This document shows, piece after piece, positions 42,915-52,189 of a stretch of DNA of 57,395 nucleotides (positions within the stretch are counted from its first letter, which is position 1; each line of letters opens with the position of its first letter). The DNA is taken from IMG/VR virus record IMGVR_UViG_3300036791_001261, positions 1 through 57,395 of that record. One strand, given 5' to 3'. The position numbers and the translations under genes were made by a program. The notes under the pieces are model-generated. The model had not been told where the DNA came from. It saw only the letters and a list, made by a program, of their open reading frames with translations, and did no database searches. Source of the DNA: a virus. Lineage: Duplodnaviria > Caudoviricetes.

Positions 42915-45119
42915 ATGGGCATCTTTCGGGATCTGATTTCAAACGTCGCCAACGCCCGCATGATGGAGGAGCAGCAGAAGCTCCAACGCAATCTGAATCT
43001 GGGCCAAGTATTGACCACGCTGATCCAGAACCCGTATACCGATCCCGCCACTCTGACCAGGGCGTCCTCTCTTTACAAGGGCCTGCTGCGCCAGCATGGC
43101 GGCAAGCAAGGCAGGGACATTCAGGACCAGATCGACCAACTTCTCGGGGGCCTGATAGGCCACCGGACCCAGCAATGGGCACAGCAGGATCAGGGCGGAG
43201 GGCAGCAAGGCGGGCAGCAGGCCCCGCCTGTCCAGCCCACGCCTCCCGGCGGCACGCAGGCGCAGCAAGGAGAGCCGACCGTGGCCGACACTGGGCCGCC
43301 GGTTATGCGCCGAGGCGTGCCCAGCGGTATGCCTCCCCAGCAGCCGGTGCCCCCAGGTCAAACAGCGGGCCAGCCCGGAGGCGTGAATTACGGCTGGCAA
43401 GCAGCGGGAGCCCCCGCCACGCCGGTCACCCTGGCGGGCGGCGCGGCTCCTCCCGGCCCGCAGCAGCAACCGGCGGCAGCGCAGCGCAGCGGCGGCTTCC
43501 GCTCGGTGCTGCGCGCTCTCGCTGGCGCGGGGGGCGAGATGCTGGGCATCCCCAGGGGCGGAGCCGACGATTTGCTGATGTACGACCCCAAGCTGTTCGG
43601 GCCAACGCCCGGGCAGGCGGCGCAAGAGGCGGGCACTCTCGCGGGCGTGCAGAGGGGGGCGGAAACGACCGCCTCGATCAAGGCGACCATGGCCGCCTTC
43701 GCCGATCCGAAGTTCCGCCAGCAGATGAAGGATCAGGGCCTCACTGATGCGCAGATCGGGGACGCTGAGCTGCGGGCCCTGGGCGTACCCTCGGCGCAGC
43801 TGACGCGCACGCCGATGGTGGTCTTCGATCCGGAAGGCACCAGGCATAACTGGTGGGTGGACAGGGGTGGCCAGTACTACGACGAGATGGGCGCGCCGGT
43901 CAATCTCGGTGCTGGCTGGAGCCAATACAAGATCGGCACCGAGAAGGCGGGCGGCAGCGATCAGATGGCCACGCAGTTGAGGCCGGGCTACCAGGCCTCC
44001 AAGATCCTCCTGACACGCCAGCACCGGAAGGACGGCACATGGGAACAGGGCTGGGATCAGAAGCGCGTCGACGACGAATCCCTAGTGCAGTCAGCGATCC
44101 AGTACGAGCGAGCGTCGGGGTCGACGGTGGTCGGCAGAGAAGAGAAGAATGCCCGCGACAACGCGCTGGGCAAGCTCAGCGGTGTGACTCCGCCGCCGGA
44201 ATGGATGTCGGAGGGGGCATCCTTCGACGCCCAGGTCGGCGCCGCCATGGGCCGGACGCCGCCTTCGGCCTACGAGCAGCCCGTTCCGGCAAAAGGTCAG
44301 CCGATCACCGATCCGGCAGCGGCGGCGGCGTTCGACGAGTTCGCCCTGCGGGCCTCAAAGGTCCTGCCAATGGGCAGGCAGGACGAATGGGCGCAGGTCC
44401 GCTACAACTACGGCCTCAAGATCGCCATGGCGCAAATGGGCACTACCAATCCCTTCGAGCTGAGCTCGGTGTTTGAGCTGAAGAAGGACCAGGCCAAGGC
44501 TCTCTCAATGACCGTGCAGCGTGCGGCCGGCGTGGAGACCCTGAACCAGCAGCTGCACGCTTTCGGCGACCTGCTTCAGGAGGCACGCAGCAGGGTAGAC
44601 AACACCGGCATCCCGCTGATCGATCGTTATGTCCAGCGGGGCACGCGCGGTCTGGGCGATCTAACCGGAGACCAGGCGAACTTCGTCGGCCAGCTGGATG
44701 TTGCGCTCAATGCTGTCTCGCGGATCTACGGGCAGCTGATTTCGAATAACGCCTACGTCTCGGTGGCGATGCCGCACGTGCAGACGGAAGCTCAGGCTCG
44801 CGAGGCCCTCCAGGGCTATATGTCGGATAAAACCATCGGTGGTGTTCTAGACCGGATGTACACCGAGGCCGACGCCGACCGGCAGAAATATAAGCAGCGC
44901 GAGGCGGAGCAGTTCAACGAACTCAGCCTCTCTCTACCGGAAGCTGCCGCGCAGGCTAGGGGCGCGACTCCCACCCCGAGCCCGGTTCCAACTCGCCTCA
45001 CCCCCACTCCGACTCCTGGGCGGCAGGGCACCAACGGGCGCGGCGGAACTACGACACCCCCCACGAGACCGATGCCGAAGACCGGCGATGAGTTCTGGAA
45101 GAACCGAGGGCTTCAGTAG
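42915..45119 (+). CDS. Large internal virion/ejection protein starting MGIFRD
   Basis: 734 aa, Q/G/P-rich linkers plus helical domains; position. Confidence 0.7.
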   Translation: MGIFRDLISNVANARMMEEQQKLQRNLNLGQVLTTLIQNPYTDPATLTRASSLYKGLLRQHGGKQGRDIQDQIDQLLGGLIGHRTQQWAQQDQGGGQQGGQQAPPVQPTPPGGTQAQQGEPTVADTGPPVMRRGVPSGMPPQQPVPPGQTAGQPGGVNYGWQAAGAPATPVTLAGGAAPPGPQQQPAAAQRSGGFRSVLRALAGAGGEMLGIPRGGADDLLMYDPKLFGPTPGQAAQEAGTLAGVQRGAETTASIKATMAAFADPKFRQQMKDQGLTDAQIGDAELRALGVPSAQLTRTPMVVFDPEGTRHNWWVDRGGQYYDEMGAPVNLGAGWSQYKIGTEKAGGSDQMATQLRPGYQASKILLTRQHRKDGTWEQGWDQKRVDDESLVQSAIQYERASGSTVVGREEKNARDNALGKLSGVTPPPEWMSEGASFDAQVGAAMGRTPPSAYEQPVPAKGQPITDPAAAAAFDEFALRASKVLPMGRQDEWAQVRYNYGLKIAMAQMGTTNPFELSSVFELKKDQAKALSMTVQRAAGVETLNQQLHAFGDLLQEARSRVDNTGIPLIDRYVQRGTRGLGDLTGDQANFVGQLDVALNAVSRIYGQLISNNAYVSVAMPHVQTEAQAREALQGYMSDKTIGGVLDRMYTEADADRQKYKQREAEQFNELSLSLPEAAAQARGATPTPSPVPTRLTPTPTPGRQGTNGRGGTTTPPTRPMPKTGDEFWKNRGLQ

Positions 45120-45122
45120 GCC

Positions 45123-47900
45123 ATGGCCGACAATCTTCCCGATATCCGCACGATCTTCGCTGATCCCGAATTCCGGCAGTTATCGGGCCCGGAGAAAATC
45201 AATGCGCTGAACCGGTATCCAGACTTCGCGCAGCTGCCGCTCAAGGAGAAAGCCAGCGCCATCCAGAGTGGCCTGCAGAAGATCCCCATGACCGCGCGAC
45301 AGGCGCCGGGCTTTTGGAGAACCATCGGCGGCGAGCTGAGCGGCATGGCCGGTGCGTTAACGCAAGGGATACGGCATCCCATCGAAAGCGCCAAACATAT
45401 GCCGGAGCAGGCGCTCGCTGCGGGACTCGAGCAGGCGGAGCAGTTCTTCAAGGCGGGCCGCGAGTTCAGGGCGGGTCAGCCGATCCGTGGGGCGGGCTAT
45501 GTCGGCGCGGGCCTATTGCCAGTCGCCGGCCCTGCAGCGGCCCAGGCGGGCGAAGAATTTCAGCGCGGCGAGTACGGCGCGGGGGCGGCCCATACCGCGA
45601 TGCTCCTGGGCCCGGATGTCGCGAGCGCCGGATTGGGCCTCACCGAAAGTCTCGCTGGAAAAGCCTCGCGAGCGGCCCTGCGCAGCCGTTTGACGCCCGT
45701 GCAGGCGGCGCGCTTCGCGGAAGCGGAAGCACGTGCGGCGAAGGCGGGCTTTAAGGGCCCGGTGACCACGCGGGGAGAAGCGGCGGGTGTGCCGTGGGTC
45801 CGAAAAGTCGAGCGCACGATGCAGCACACACCCGGCGCCGCTGGCCGCGCGGAGGACTTCTACACCACGCGCGCCGGGGAGCTGGAGCGGCAGGCGCGCC
45901 AGTCGGTGGAGGCCGTGGCACCCACGATGCATCCGGGATCCACTCCGGTCGATGTAGCCATGAACGTGTACGGCGAGGCGGGGCAGACCATCCGGTCAAC
46001 CGAACGGCAGGCAACCACGATCTACAATGAGGTTCGCGCACGGGCAGCCACGGACACGCAGAACCTCCGCATCGGAACCAAGGTGGAGGTGGCGGCCGAC
46101 GGAACGAAAACATACAAGCCGATCTACGGCACGTATGAAGCGCCGGTACCGCTGAAGCCGTTGCGCACGAGCCTCAGGCCTCTGTATAACGAATTCCGCA
46201 CCGTATTCAAGGACCTGGATGAAAGCCAGAAGATGGCCAATCCAGGCTACGCGTCCCTCCACCGGATTATGACCGACATCGATCCGCTCACCGATAGGCC
46301 CCGGATGTACATGGGCGCCATGGACCTGGAGAAAGAATTGAGTTCGATCAAGGGGCAGCTGCGCGACCGCCGGTTTTCCAACTTTCTGTTCAGCCCGTCC
46401 GGCAGAGTGCAACTCCGCATCATCAACGAAGGGGAAGCGGCCATTGGCAAGGCCTTGAATAAGGCCCAGCCCGGCACGTATGCGATTCTTCAGCAGGGGC
46501 GGCAATTAGTGCGTTCGTACAAAAACGCCGACGCGCTGCTGACTCAACTGATCGGCAAAGACCCGCAGAAGCTGAACCCGATGGGGATCTTCGAGGCCAT
46601 GACGCCGGCCGCCGATAAGAAGCTCTACGCCGTGACGCGGCTCGCCCAGATGGCCCCCAAGACCTCGAAGGCCGTGGCGCGCATGTATCTCGAAGGGCTG
46701 ATCGAGACCGCCACAAAAAACGCGGGCCGCCTGGAAGAAGGGGTAGGTAAGGGCCTGGTGGACGGCTTCGACCGGCTCGGAGCGAAGACCAAGCAGGTCT
46801 GGTTCGGGCCCAAGCTGACCGAGGAACTGAACACCGTCTTCCACAACATCAAGGATCTGATGCCGAAAGAGGGATCGCCCACCGCGTGGCGATATCCTGC
46901 GATGATGCTCACCGGCGCGGCACTCGAGGCGTTCCAGGCGCTGTTTATGGGACACCCATTCACGGCTGCGGGAGTCGCAGTCAAGACGGGGGCGACTATG
47001 ACGGGCGCGAATATCATGGCGCGCGTTATGTTCAGCCGTGGCGGCGGCGCAACAGTGTCCCGGTTGCTGCGTGCCGCGAAGATTGGTGGCGTAGTGCTGC
47101 GCGAGGCTACTCGCGCTTTCGAGGCGCGCGTGGCCGTCGCCCAGCAGGAGCAGCGCGAAGAGCAGGAGCGCGCGACGGCGGCCCCGGCGGAAGCTCCCGC
47201 TCAGGCGGCCGACACGCCCTCAACCCCGTCGCCGGCCGTCGGCGTGCCGGAAGCCGTTGCGCCTACCGCTGTTCCGTCACCGCTTCCCTCCAGACTGGAA
47301 CAGCCCGGGGCGACGATCAACTACGGCTGGCCCACCGCTGGCGGTGCCGTTCAGTCAGCCGCCGTCTCCCGACCAAGGGCGGCAGCGCGCCGCAACACGC
47401 CACAATCGCCCGCCGGGCCGACGTGGGTGCGCCAGGAAACGCCGAAGGCTGCTTCCCCTCGGGCAGGCGGCGGATACCCGACATGGGATCGGACGAAGAA
47501 CTTCCTCGCGGACTTCCAGAACGTTGGGTCGAGCACCGGCGTGCCTCCCGGTCTGTTGCGCGCGGTCGCGTTCATGGAGTCGAGCGGCAATCCGAACGCG
47601 AGAGGCAAAGACGGCGAGATCGGCCTCATGCAGCTCATGCCCGCAACAGCGCAGACCCTGAAGGTCGATCCGCGCGATCCGCAGCAATCGATTCGCGGCG
47701 CGGCGACGCTCCTGCGGCGTCTGATGAGCAAGTACCGGGGGGACATTGGGAAGGTGCTGGCGGCATACAACGAGGGGGAGACGGCTTTCGACCGGCATCA
47801 GCGGCGCGGCGAGGCGCTGCCCGACATCACCCAGCAGTATGTGCGCAATGGGCTTCGACTGCTGAGGGGTGCCGGGCAGGCTCAACTGGCGGCGCGCTAG
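45123..47900 (+). CDS. Ejection protein with C-terminal lytic transglycosylase (SLT)
   Basis: AVAFMESSGNPNA, GLMQLMPATA, LAAYNEG. Confidence 0.88.
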   Translation: MADNLPDIRTIFADPEFRQLSGPEKINALNRYPDFAQLPLKEKASAIQSGLQKIPMTARQAPGFWRTIGGELSGMAGALTQGIRHPIESAKHMPEQALAAGLEQAEQFFKAGREFRAGQPIRGAGYVGAGLLPVAGPAAAQAGEEFQRGEYGAGAAHTAMLLGPDVASAGLGLTESLAGKASRAALRSRLTPVQAARFAEAEARAAKAGFKGPVTTRGEAAGVPWVRKVERTMQHTPGAAGRAEDFYTTRAGELERQARQSVEAVAPTMHPGSTPVDVAMNVYGEAGQTIRSTERQATTIYNEVRARAATDTQNLRIGTKVEVAADGTKTYKPIYGTYEAPVPLKPLRTSLRPLYNEFRTVFKDLDESQKMANPGYASLHRIMTDIDPLTDRPRMYMGAMDLEKELSSIKGQLRDRRFSNFLFSPSGRVQLRIINEGEAAIGKALNKAQPGTYAILQQGRQLVRSYKNADALLTQLIGKDPQKLNPMGIFEAMTPAADKKLYAVTRLAQMAPKTSKAVARMYLEGLIETATKNAGRLEEGVGKGLVDGFDRLGAKTKQVWFGPKLTEELNTVFHNIKDLMPKEGSPTAWRYPAMMLTGAALEAFQALFMGHPFTAAGVAVKTGATMTGANIMARVMFSRGGGATVSRLLRAAKIGGVVLREATRAFEARVAVAQQEQREEQERATAAPAEAPAQAADTPSTPSPAVGVPEAVAPTAVPSPLPSRLEQPGATINYGWPTAGGAVQSAAVSRPRAAARRNTPQSPAGPTWVRQETPKAASPRAGGGYPTWDRTKNFLADFQNVGSSTGVPPGLLRAVAFMESSGNPNARGKDGEIGLMQLMPATAQTLKVDPRDPQQSIRGAATLLRRLMSKYRGDIGKVLAAYNEGETAFDRHQRRGEALPDITQQYVRNGLRLLRGAGQAQLAAR

Positions 47901-48046
47901 CGCTTGCCGGAAGTTGAGTCGATGTGGTTCACGCACACAGCAACAAACAAGATCACCAGTAGCAAGGCGATCATGAGGGCCGCATCGAACCAACGCCCGG
48001 ATACAACACAGACTGCGAGCAGCGCGGCGAATAACAGCCACATCAT
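47897..48046 (-). CDS. 49-aa two-TM membrane peptide
   Basis: MMWLLFAALLAVCVVSGRWFDAALMIALLLVILFVAVCVNHIDSTSGKR; GGAGG RBS; ATGA-coupled to the recombinase. Confidence 0.65.
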   Translation of the reverse strand: MMWLLFAALLAVCVVSGRWFDAALMIALLLVILFVAVCVNHIDSTSGKR

Positions 48047-48966
48047 TGGTTCCTCCCCAGGCCCAACCGGTCGTTGGGCGCATTCACCAGATCCTGCGTA
48101 GTGCCCAGGTAGCGCTCGGTCGTCTGGATCGACTCATGACCAAGCATCAGCTGGATCTGCTCGAGCGCGCTGCCTGCCGAGCGGCATAACTTCGCGCAGG
48201 TGCGACGAAGGTCGTGCGCCTTGAGCGCCACGCCAATCGTACGGCCGTAGTGCGTGGTGAGGTCCAGGATCGCGGTGCCGCTGATCGAGTCGCCGCCGAT
48301 GTGTCCCCACTGGTCGATGCTGCGGAGAATGGGCCCCGTCTGGAGTTGTGCCGCTTCCGCCCACTGGTCGATCGCGGCCTTCACCCAGGCGGGCACCGCG
48401 ATGGTGCGGATCCGGCCCCGCTTGCCCCGGATGTCGACGATGGCCCAGCGCTCCTCGCGCTGCTGGATGTGCTCGAAGGTGAGTTGTGCCGCTTCCGACC
48501 GCCGCAGGGCGCAGCCCACGAGCAGCGCCAGCACGGCATAGTCGCGCTTCCCCTTGAGCGTCGTCAAGTCGGGGGCGCGGAGCAGCTTCTGGGCTTCGGC
48601 CAGCGTCAGCCAGTTGCCGGCGCGATTGCCCGACTGCCGCGCGTTGGATACCTGCCGGACGGCGGCGGCGGTTTCGGCGTCGAGATAGCCGTTCAGCGCG
48701 GCCTCGGCGGCCAGCTTGCGGATAGCCGCCAGGCACTTGTTGATGGTCGGCGGCTGGAGGCCTCGCCCGACAAGTTCCGTGCGCCAGGCCTGCACGCTGG
48801 CGCGGTTGAACGGAAGCGCGCGCTCGGACTGCCAGGCGAGGAACTCGGCCAGGGCGTGGCCGTACTGCCGCTTGGTTTCGGGATTCGAGACGGCGCCGAG
48901 CACCAGGCCCAGCACCGCCTCGAGCGCGGAGGACTGCGGGATGACGGCAAGCGCTGTGGTCGCCAC
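48043..48966 (-). CDS. Second tyrosine recombinase (Xer/resolvase-like, no arm-binding domain)
   Basis: CALRRSE, GKRGRIRT, AHDLRRT, LGHESIQTTERY. Confidence 0.92.
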   Translation of the reverse strand: MATTALAVIPQSSALEAVLGLVLGAVSNPETKRQYGHALAEFLAWQSERALPFNRASVQAWRTELVGRGLQPPTINKCLAAIRKLAAEAALNGYLDAETAAAVRQVSNARQSGNRAGNWLTLAEAQKLLRAPDLTTLKGKRDYAVLALLVGCALRRSEAAQLTFEHIQQREERWAIVDIRGKRGRIRTIAVPAWVKAAIDQWAEAAQLQTGPILRSIDQWGHIGGDSISGTAILDLTTHYGRTIGVALKAHDLRRTCAKLCRSAGSALEQIQLMLGHESIQTTERYLGTTQDLVNAPNDRLGLGRNQ

Positions 48967-49193
48967 TAGAGGTCCTCCTTTGCCGGAGCGGGCTCGCAGT
49001 GATGACAGCGGATGCGAGCGAGCTTCAGCGTCATGAGGCCGCAGGGACAGCGCCGCTTCTTCGAGCGCGGTCGGCCCGGACCGGCAGCGTAGGTCATTCG
49101 CAGCGAGGCCAGCTCGCGTGCCCGCTTGGTGCCGATGGGCTTGCCGGGGATACCCGGGGGCCTGCCCTTCTTCTTAGTTTTCGTCTTCGTCAT
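48966..49193 (-). CDS. Small basic protein with AT-hook-like and CPC..CHHC motifs
   Basis: KKGRPP, PGRPR, RCPCG...RCHHC. Confidence 0.6.
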   Translation of the reverse strand: MTKTKTKKKGRPPGIPGKPIGTKRARELASLRMTYAAGPGRPRSKKRRCPCGLMTLKLARIRCHHCEPAPAKEDL

Positions 49194-49482
49194 GTGCCAA
49201 TGCCTCCAGGATCTCTTTCGCCCGCGCCACCGAGTTCGCCAGTTCGATCCGGGCGAAGTGCTTGGTGGACTCGTAGTGCGCGAACGGCGGCATGCGCTCG
49301 AGGCCCCCCTCCAGGGCCTCGAGATCTGCGAGCAGTTGCTTGTAGCTCAAATCATTTCTCCTTCGGATTTCGAAACAGCCAGCGTCTTCGTCTTCCCCGT
49401 CCTCTTCTTGGTCGTCCTCCACTTCATCCGGTTGGTCGAAAAAGGACGGTTCCTGGAAATAGCGGTCTTCCTGTTCGCTCAT
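49174..49482 (-). CDS. Acidic hypothetical protein
   Basis: DEVEDDQEEDGEDED tract. Confidence 0.55.
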   Translation of the reverse strand: MSEQEDRYFQEPSFFDQPDEVEDDQEEDGEDEDAGCFEIRRRNDLSYKQLLADLEALEGGLERMPPFAHYESTKHFARIELANSVARAKEILEALAHDEDEN

Positions 49483-49748
49483 CCTATGAACCTCCGCTCT
49501 TCCAGGCGGGTGATGCGATCGCCGTGCTCGGCGACTTTGTCCGAGATGCGCTGGCTTAAGCGCGATTCCATCTCCGTCATCTGGAGCTTCAGCCGCGCTT
49601 CCGAAGTGCCGATTTCCGCCTTGCAAGTGCCGATTTCCGCCTTGATCGTGCGCAGCAGCGGAATTGTGACTATGCCGTAGAGGCCCGCGATCAGTGCAGC
49701 GATAGCGCCGATGGTCGCTGCTATCGGTTGCCAGTATTGTGGATTCAT
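49479..49748 (-). CDS. TM + coiled-coil protein
   Basis: N-terminal hydrophobic helix; KAEIGT repeat; RITRLEE. Confidence 0.7.
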   Translation of the reverse strand: MNPQYWQPIAATIGAIAALIAGLYGIVTIPLLRTIKAEIGTCKAEIGTSEARLKLQMTEMESRLSQRISDKVAEHGDRITRLEERRFIG

Positions 49749-49894
49749 TTGTCCTTGTCCTTTCGCTTGTCTTCAGTCTCGCGCTTTCGCGCTGTTATCG
49801 TCAAACGGAGCGTTCGTTCGTGCTATGATTGTGCTGTCTATTGTCCTTTCGTTTGCGGGCGGCGTCTTAATGTCCTCGCCGCCCGCAGCGTTTT

Positions 49895-50356
49895 TCAGTC
49901 CTCCACCTCATCCCAGATCCAGCAACCTGTGCCGATGGGATAGGCGTGGACCTTCTCGCCCTCCACGACGATGTCCTCTCCCGGCCAGTCCTCGGGGTCC
50001 TGATCGTCGTACTGAGTGGTCACGATGTCCGCCGCTTCGTCCACGTTCACCCGGTAGCCTTCCGCTTGCGCTTTCTGCCAGGCCACGTACGCGGGTAGCT
50101 GTTCCCGAGTGAAGTAGGGCATCACCCAGCCGTTCCAGTCCTCGCCGACCACGATGTAGGCGGGGAGCGCGGTCCCGCCGTCAATCGTGACCTTCGTCAG
50201 CCGGTAGCGCCGTTGTGCGTCATGGCAGACGCCGCACAGATGCTCCGCCACCTGCCGCGCGATACGCGCCACGCCGTCATAGTCCACTGAGCCGAATTCG
50301 GTCGTGACCTCGTGGCCGCAGGCGGCTTTCAGGATAATCTTGCCTTCAATTCTCAT
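49895..50356 (-). CDS. Hypothetical protein
   Basis: ACGH..CGVC; WNGWVMPYF; YPIGTGCWIW. Confidence 0.7.
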   Translation of the reverse strand: MRIEGKIILKAACGHEVTTEFGSVDYDGVARIARQVAEHLCGVCHDAQRRYRLTKVTIDGGTALPAYIVVGEDWNGWVMPYFTREQLPAYVAWQKAQAEGYRVNVDEAADIVTTQYDDQDPEDWPGEDIVVEGEKVHAYPIGTGCWIWDEVED

Positions 50357-50655
50357 GTTCTGTCCTTCCAGCCGACGGCGAAGTCGAGCTGCGTGCCCAC
50401 ACCGTCGGTCTCAGCGCTGTAGTGCTCATGGCTCTGTCGGCAGAGGTCGTAAAGGTCTAGCCCGCGCCGGTCGCAGAGGTGGGCCAGATCGGCAATCAGA
50501 TCGTAGATGGCCGTGTCCAGTCCATCGCCTTCTTCCGTGAGGCCGGTGCGCTTCATGAAGCATTGCACGGCATCAAGCGCCCACTCTGCCCGGTCGTCGT
50601 TCTGCTCCTCCGGGTCGGGCGGCAAGGGCTTCGTTTCGTCTTGCTTTTTCGTCAT
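50353..50655 (-). CDS. Hypothetical protein
   Basis: DLIADLAHLCD motif; conserved leader. Confidence 0.7.
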   Translation of the reverse strand: MTKKQDETKPLPPDPEEQNDDRAEWALDAVQCFMKRTGLTEEGDGLDTAIYDLIADLAHLCDRRGLDLYDLCRQSHEHYSAETDGVGTQLDFAVGWKDRT

Positions 50656-50682
50656 TGTCTTGTCCTTTCGTTTGTGCTGATG

Positions 50683-50925
50683 CTATTCGCACTTCCTGCA
50701 ATAGAGGCTGCCGGGGACCTGCAGGCGCTCCAGGCATTCGACGCAGTAGCGCGGATGCTCGGGGTCAATGCCGGTAAGCTCCCGGGCCTCGGCAATCAGC
50801 CGACTGACGGTCTCAACGGCGTCATCCCCGTCCATTCCGCCTTCGATTTCGTATTCGCTCGTCATGCGGGCGATCTGCTCCACAAAGGCCGAAGGGCTGC
50901 GCCATCGGTTCTTAGTTGTGCTCAT
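50683..50925 (-). CDS. Hypothetical Zn-finger protein starting MSTTKNR
   Basis: CVEC..CRKC. Confidence 0.65.
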   Translation of the reverse strand: MSTTKNRWRSPSAFVEQIARMTSEYEIEGGMDGDDAVETVSRLIAEARELTGIDPEHPRYCVECLERLQVPGSLYCRKCE

Positions 50926-51212
50926 TTCTTCACCTCGCTAATCGAGACACGGAACTTGCGCCCGTTGTGCTCGACGACATCGCCGTTCGAGATCACGTAG
51001 TCATCGTTGACGTAGATCACATGATCAAAGTCCTCCTGGCTTTCCGGGTCCTCGTTGTGCTCCCAGTCGTAGTTCTCGTCTACCTGCTTCTGGATCTCCG
51101 CGTGCGCCGTGGTGGCGTCGTTGCGGCCATACGCGGCGAAATAGCAGTAGTTCTCGTCATCGCCATGCGAACGCCAGTTGACGATCTGGATGCGGTTCTT
51201 GGTTGTGCTCAT
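50922..51212 (-). CDS. Acidic hypothetical protein starting MSTTKNR
   Basis: GGAGGA RBS; ATGA overlaps. Confidence 0.65.
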   Translation of the reverse strand: MSTTKNRIQIVNWRSHGDDENYCYFAAYGRNDATTAHAEIQKQVDENYDWEHNEDPESQEDFDHVIYVNDDYVISNGDVVEHNGRKFRVSISEVKK

Positions 51213-51457
51213 TGCTTGTCCTCCTCTCCTTGTCCTTGCACCTCCAGCCCGACAATGTCGAAGCTCTCGTCTTCATTGCAGTCGAAATACTGCTCCGAGC
51301 GCTCATCGGGATCATCCGGCATGGGCGCTTCGTCCATTTCCTTCTCCCACCAGTCCTGGACATAGGCGTCCAGTTGCGCGCAAGCGGCTTCTTCGGTGGT
51401 GAACACCCAGTAGTCCCGACCATGCCTGTGGTCGATGACGAGCAAATGGATAATCAT
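51209..51457 (-). CDS. Acidic hypothetical protein
   Basis: IDHRHG motif; ATGA overlaps. Confidence 0.65.
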   Translation of the reverse strand: MIIHLLVIDHRHGRDYWVFTTEEAACAQLDAYVQDWWEKEMDEAPMPDDPDERSEQYFDCNEDESFDIVGLEVQGQGEEDKQ

Positions 51458-52155
51458 GCCGCCCTCTCAATCTGCACGAACCCGCCCGCCGGGAGGTGCT
51501 GGATGATGTGCCCTTTCTCCCGCAGCCCCACAATCACGCCTTTCGGATCGAGGAATCTTAAATCGTGCCGGTCGCCGTCGATGACCCGCACGCCATGCCA
51601 GGTCCGGGGCTTCGCCCCACGGAACACCACCGCCACGTTGATGTTGTGCTCCAAAGCCTTCATGCAGTGCTTTAGGTTTGTGCCGCTAAAGCTATACGTC
51701 AGGTGGTAGTTCTCCATGGTCCGCTCCCACGGCCGCTGGAGTTTCGTGTAATCGTAGAACGGCACCTCGGGATAGCGCCGCGCCATGGCCCGGGCAAGCT
51801 TGGGCTGATCGCTTGTGCCGTTCAGCCGCTCGGCCGGTTTCAGCCCCCGGCTCTCGCACTCCACCAGGAATTTATCCGTGTCCCGCTCCAGGCGAGCGCA
51901 GAACGCCCCGAAGTCCGCGAGATAATCCAGGGTCTTCGCGATCCGGGCCTGCTGGATCGTGGGGTAAACCTCGGCCAGGCCCGAGCAGTTCAGGCAGGCC
52001 AGGGTGCATTCCGGGCTACGTCCGCCGCACAGGTCGTGCACGCCGTCGGCCTCCCTGGCCGGGGCGAGATAGAGCAGCGCCGTGAGCCATCCGTAGGCCT
52101 TGCCCTTTTTGCTCTTGGCGTCGCGGTCGACGCTCAGTAAATCGTATTTTGCCAT
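51454..52155 (-). CDS. GP88-like phage protein (radical-SAM-like Cys motif)
   Basis: CGGRSPECTLACL, RLNGTSD, FYDYTK, DGDRHDLRFLD. Confidence 0.8.
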   Translation of the reverse strand: MAKYDLLSVDRDAKSKKGKAYGWLTALLYLAPAREADGVHDLCGGRSPECTLACLNCSGLAEVYPTIQQARIAKTLDYLADFGAFCARLERDTDKFLVECESRGLKPAERLNGTSDQPKLARAMARRYPEVPFYDYTKLQRPWERTMENYHLTYSFSGTNLKHCMKALEHNINVAVVFRGAKPRTWHGVRVIDGDRHDLRFLDPKGVIVGLREKGHIIQHLPAGGFVQIERAA

Positions 52156-52189
52156 GTCTATGCCCTTTCTGTCATAAGTCCTTGCGTTT

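Noticed and set aside
42915-47900. Tape measure protein or virion RNA polymerase
   Set aside because: No tail tube/chaperone genes or periodic tape-measure repeats, and no polymerase catalytic motifs recognised; better fits podovirus ejection proteins
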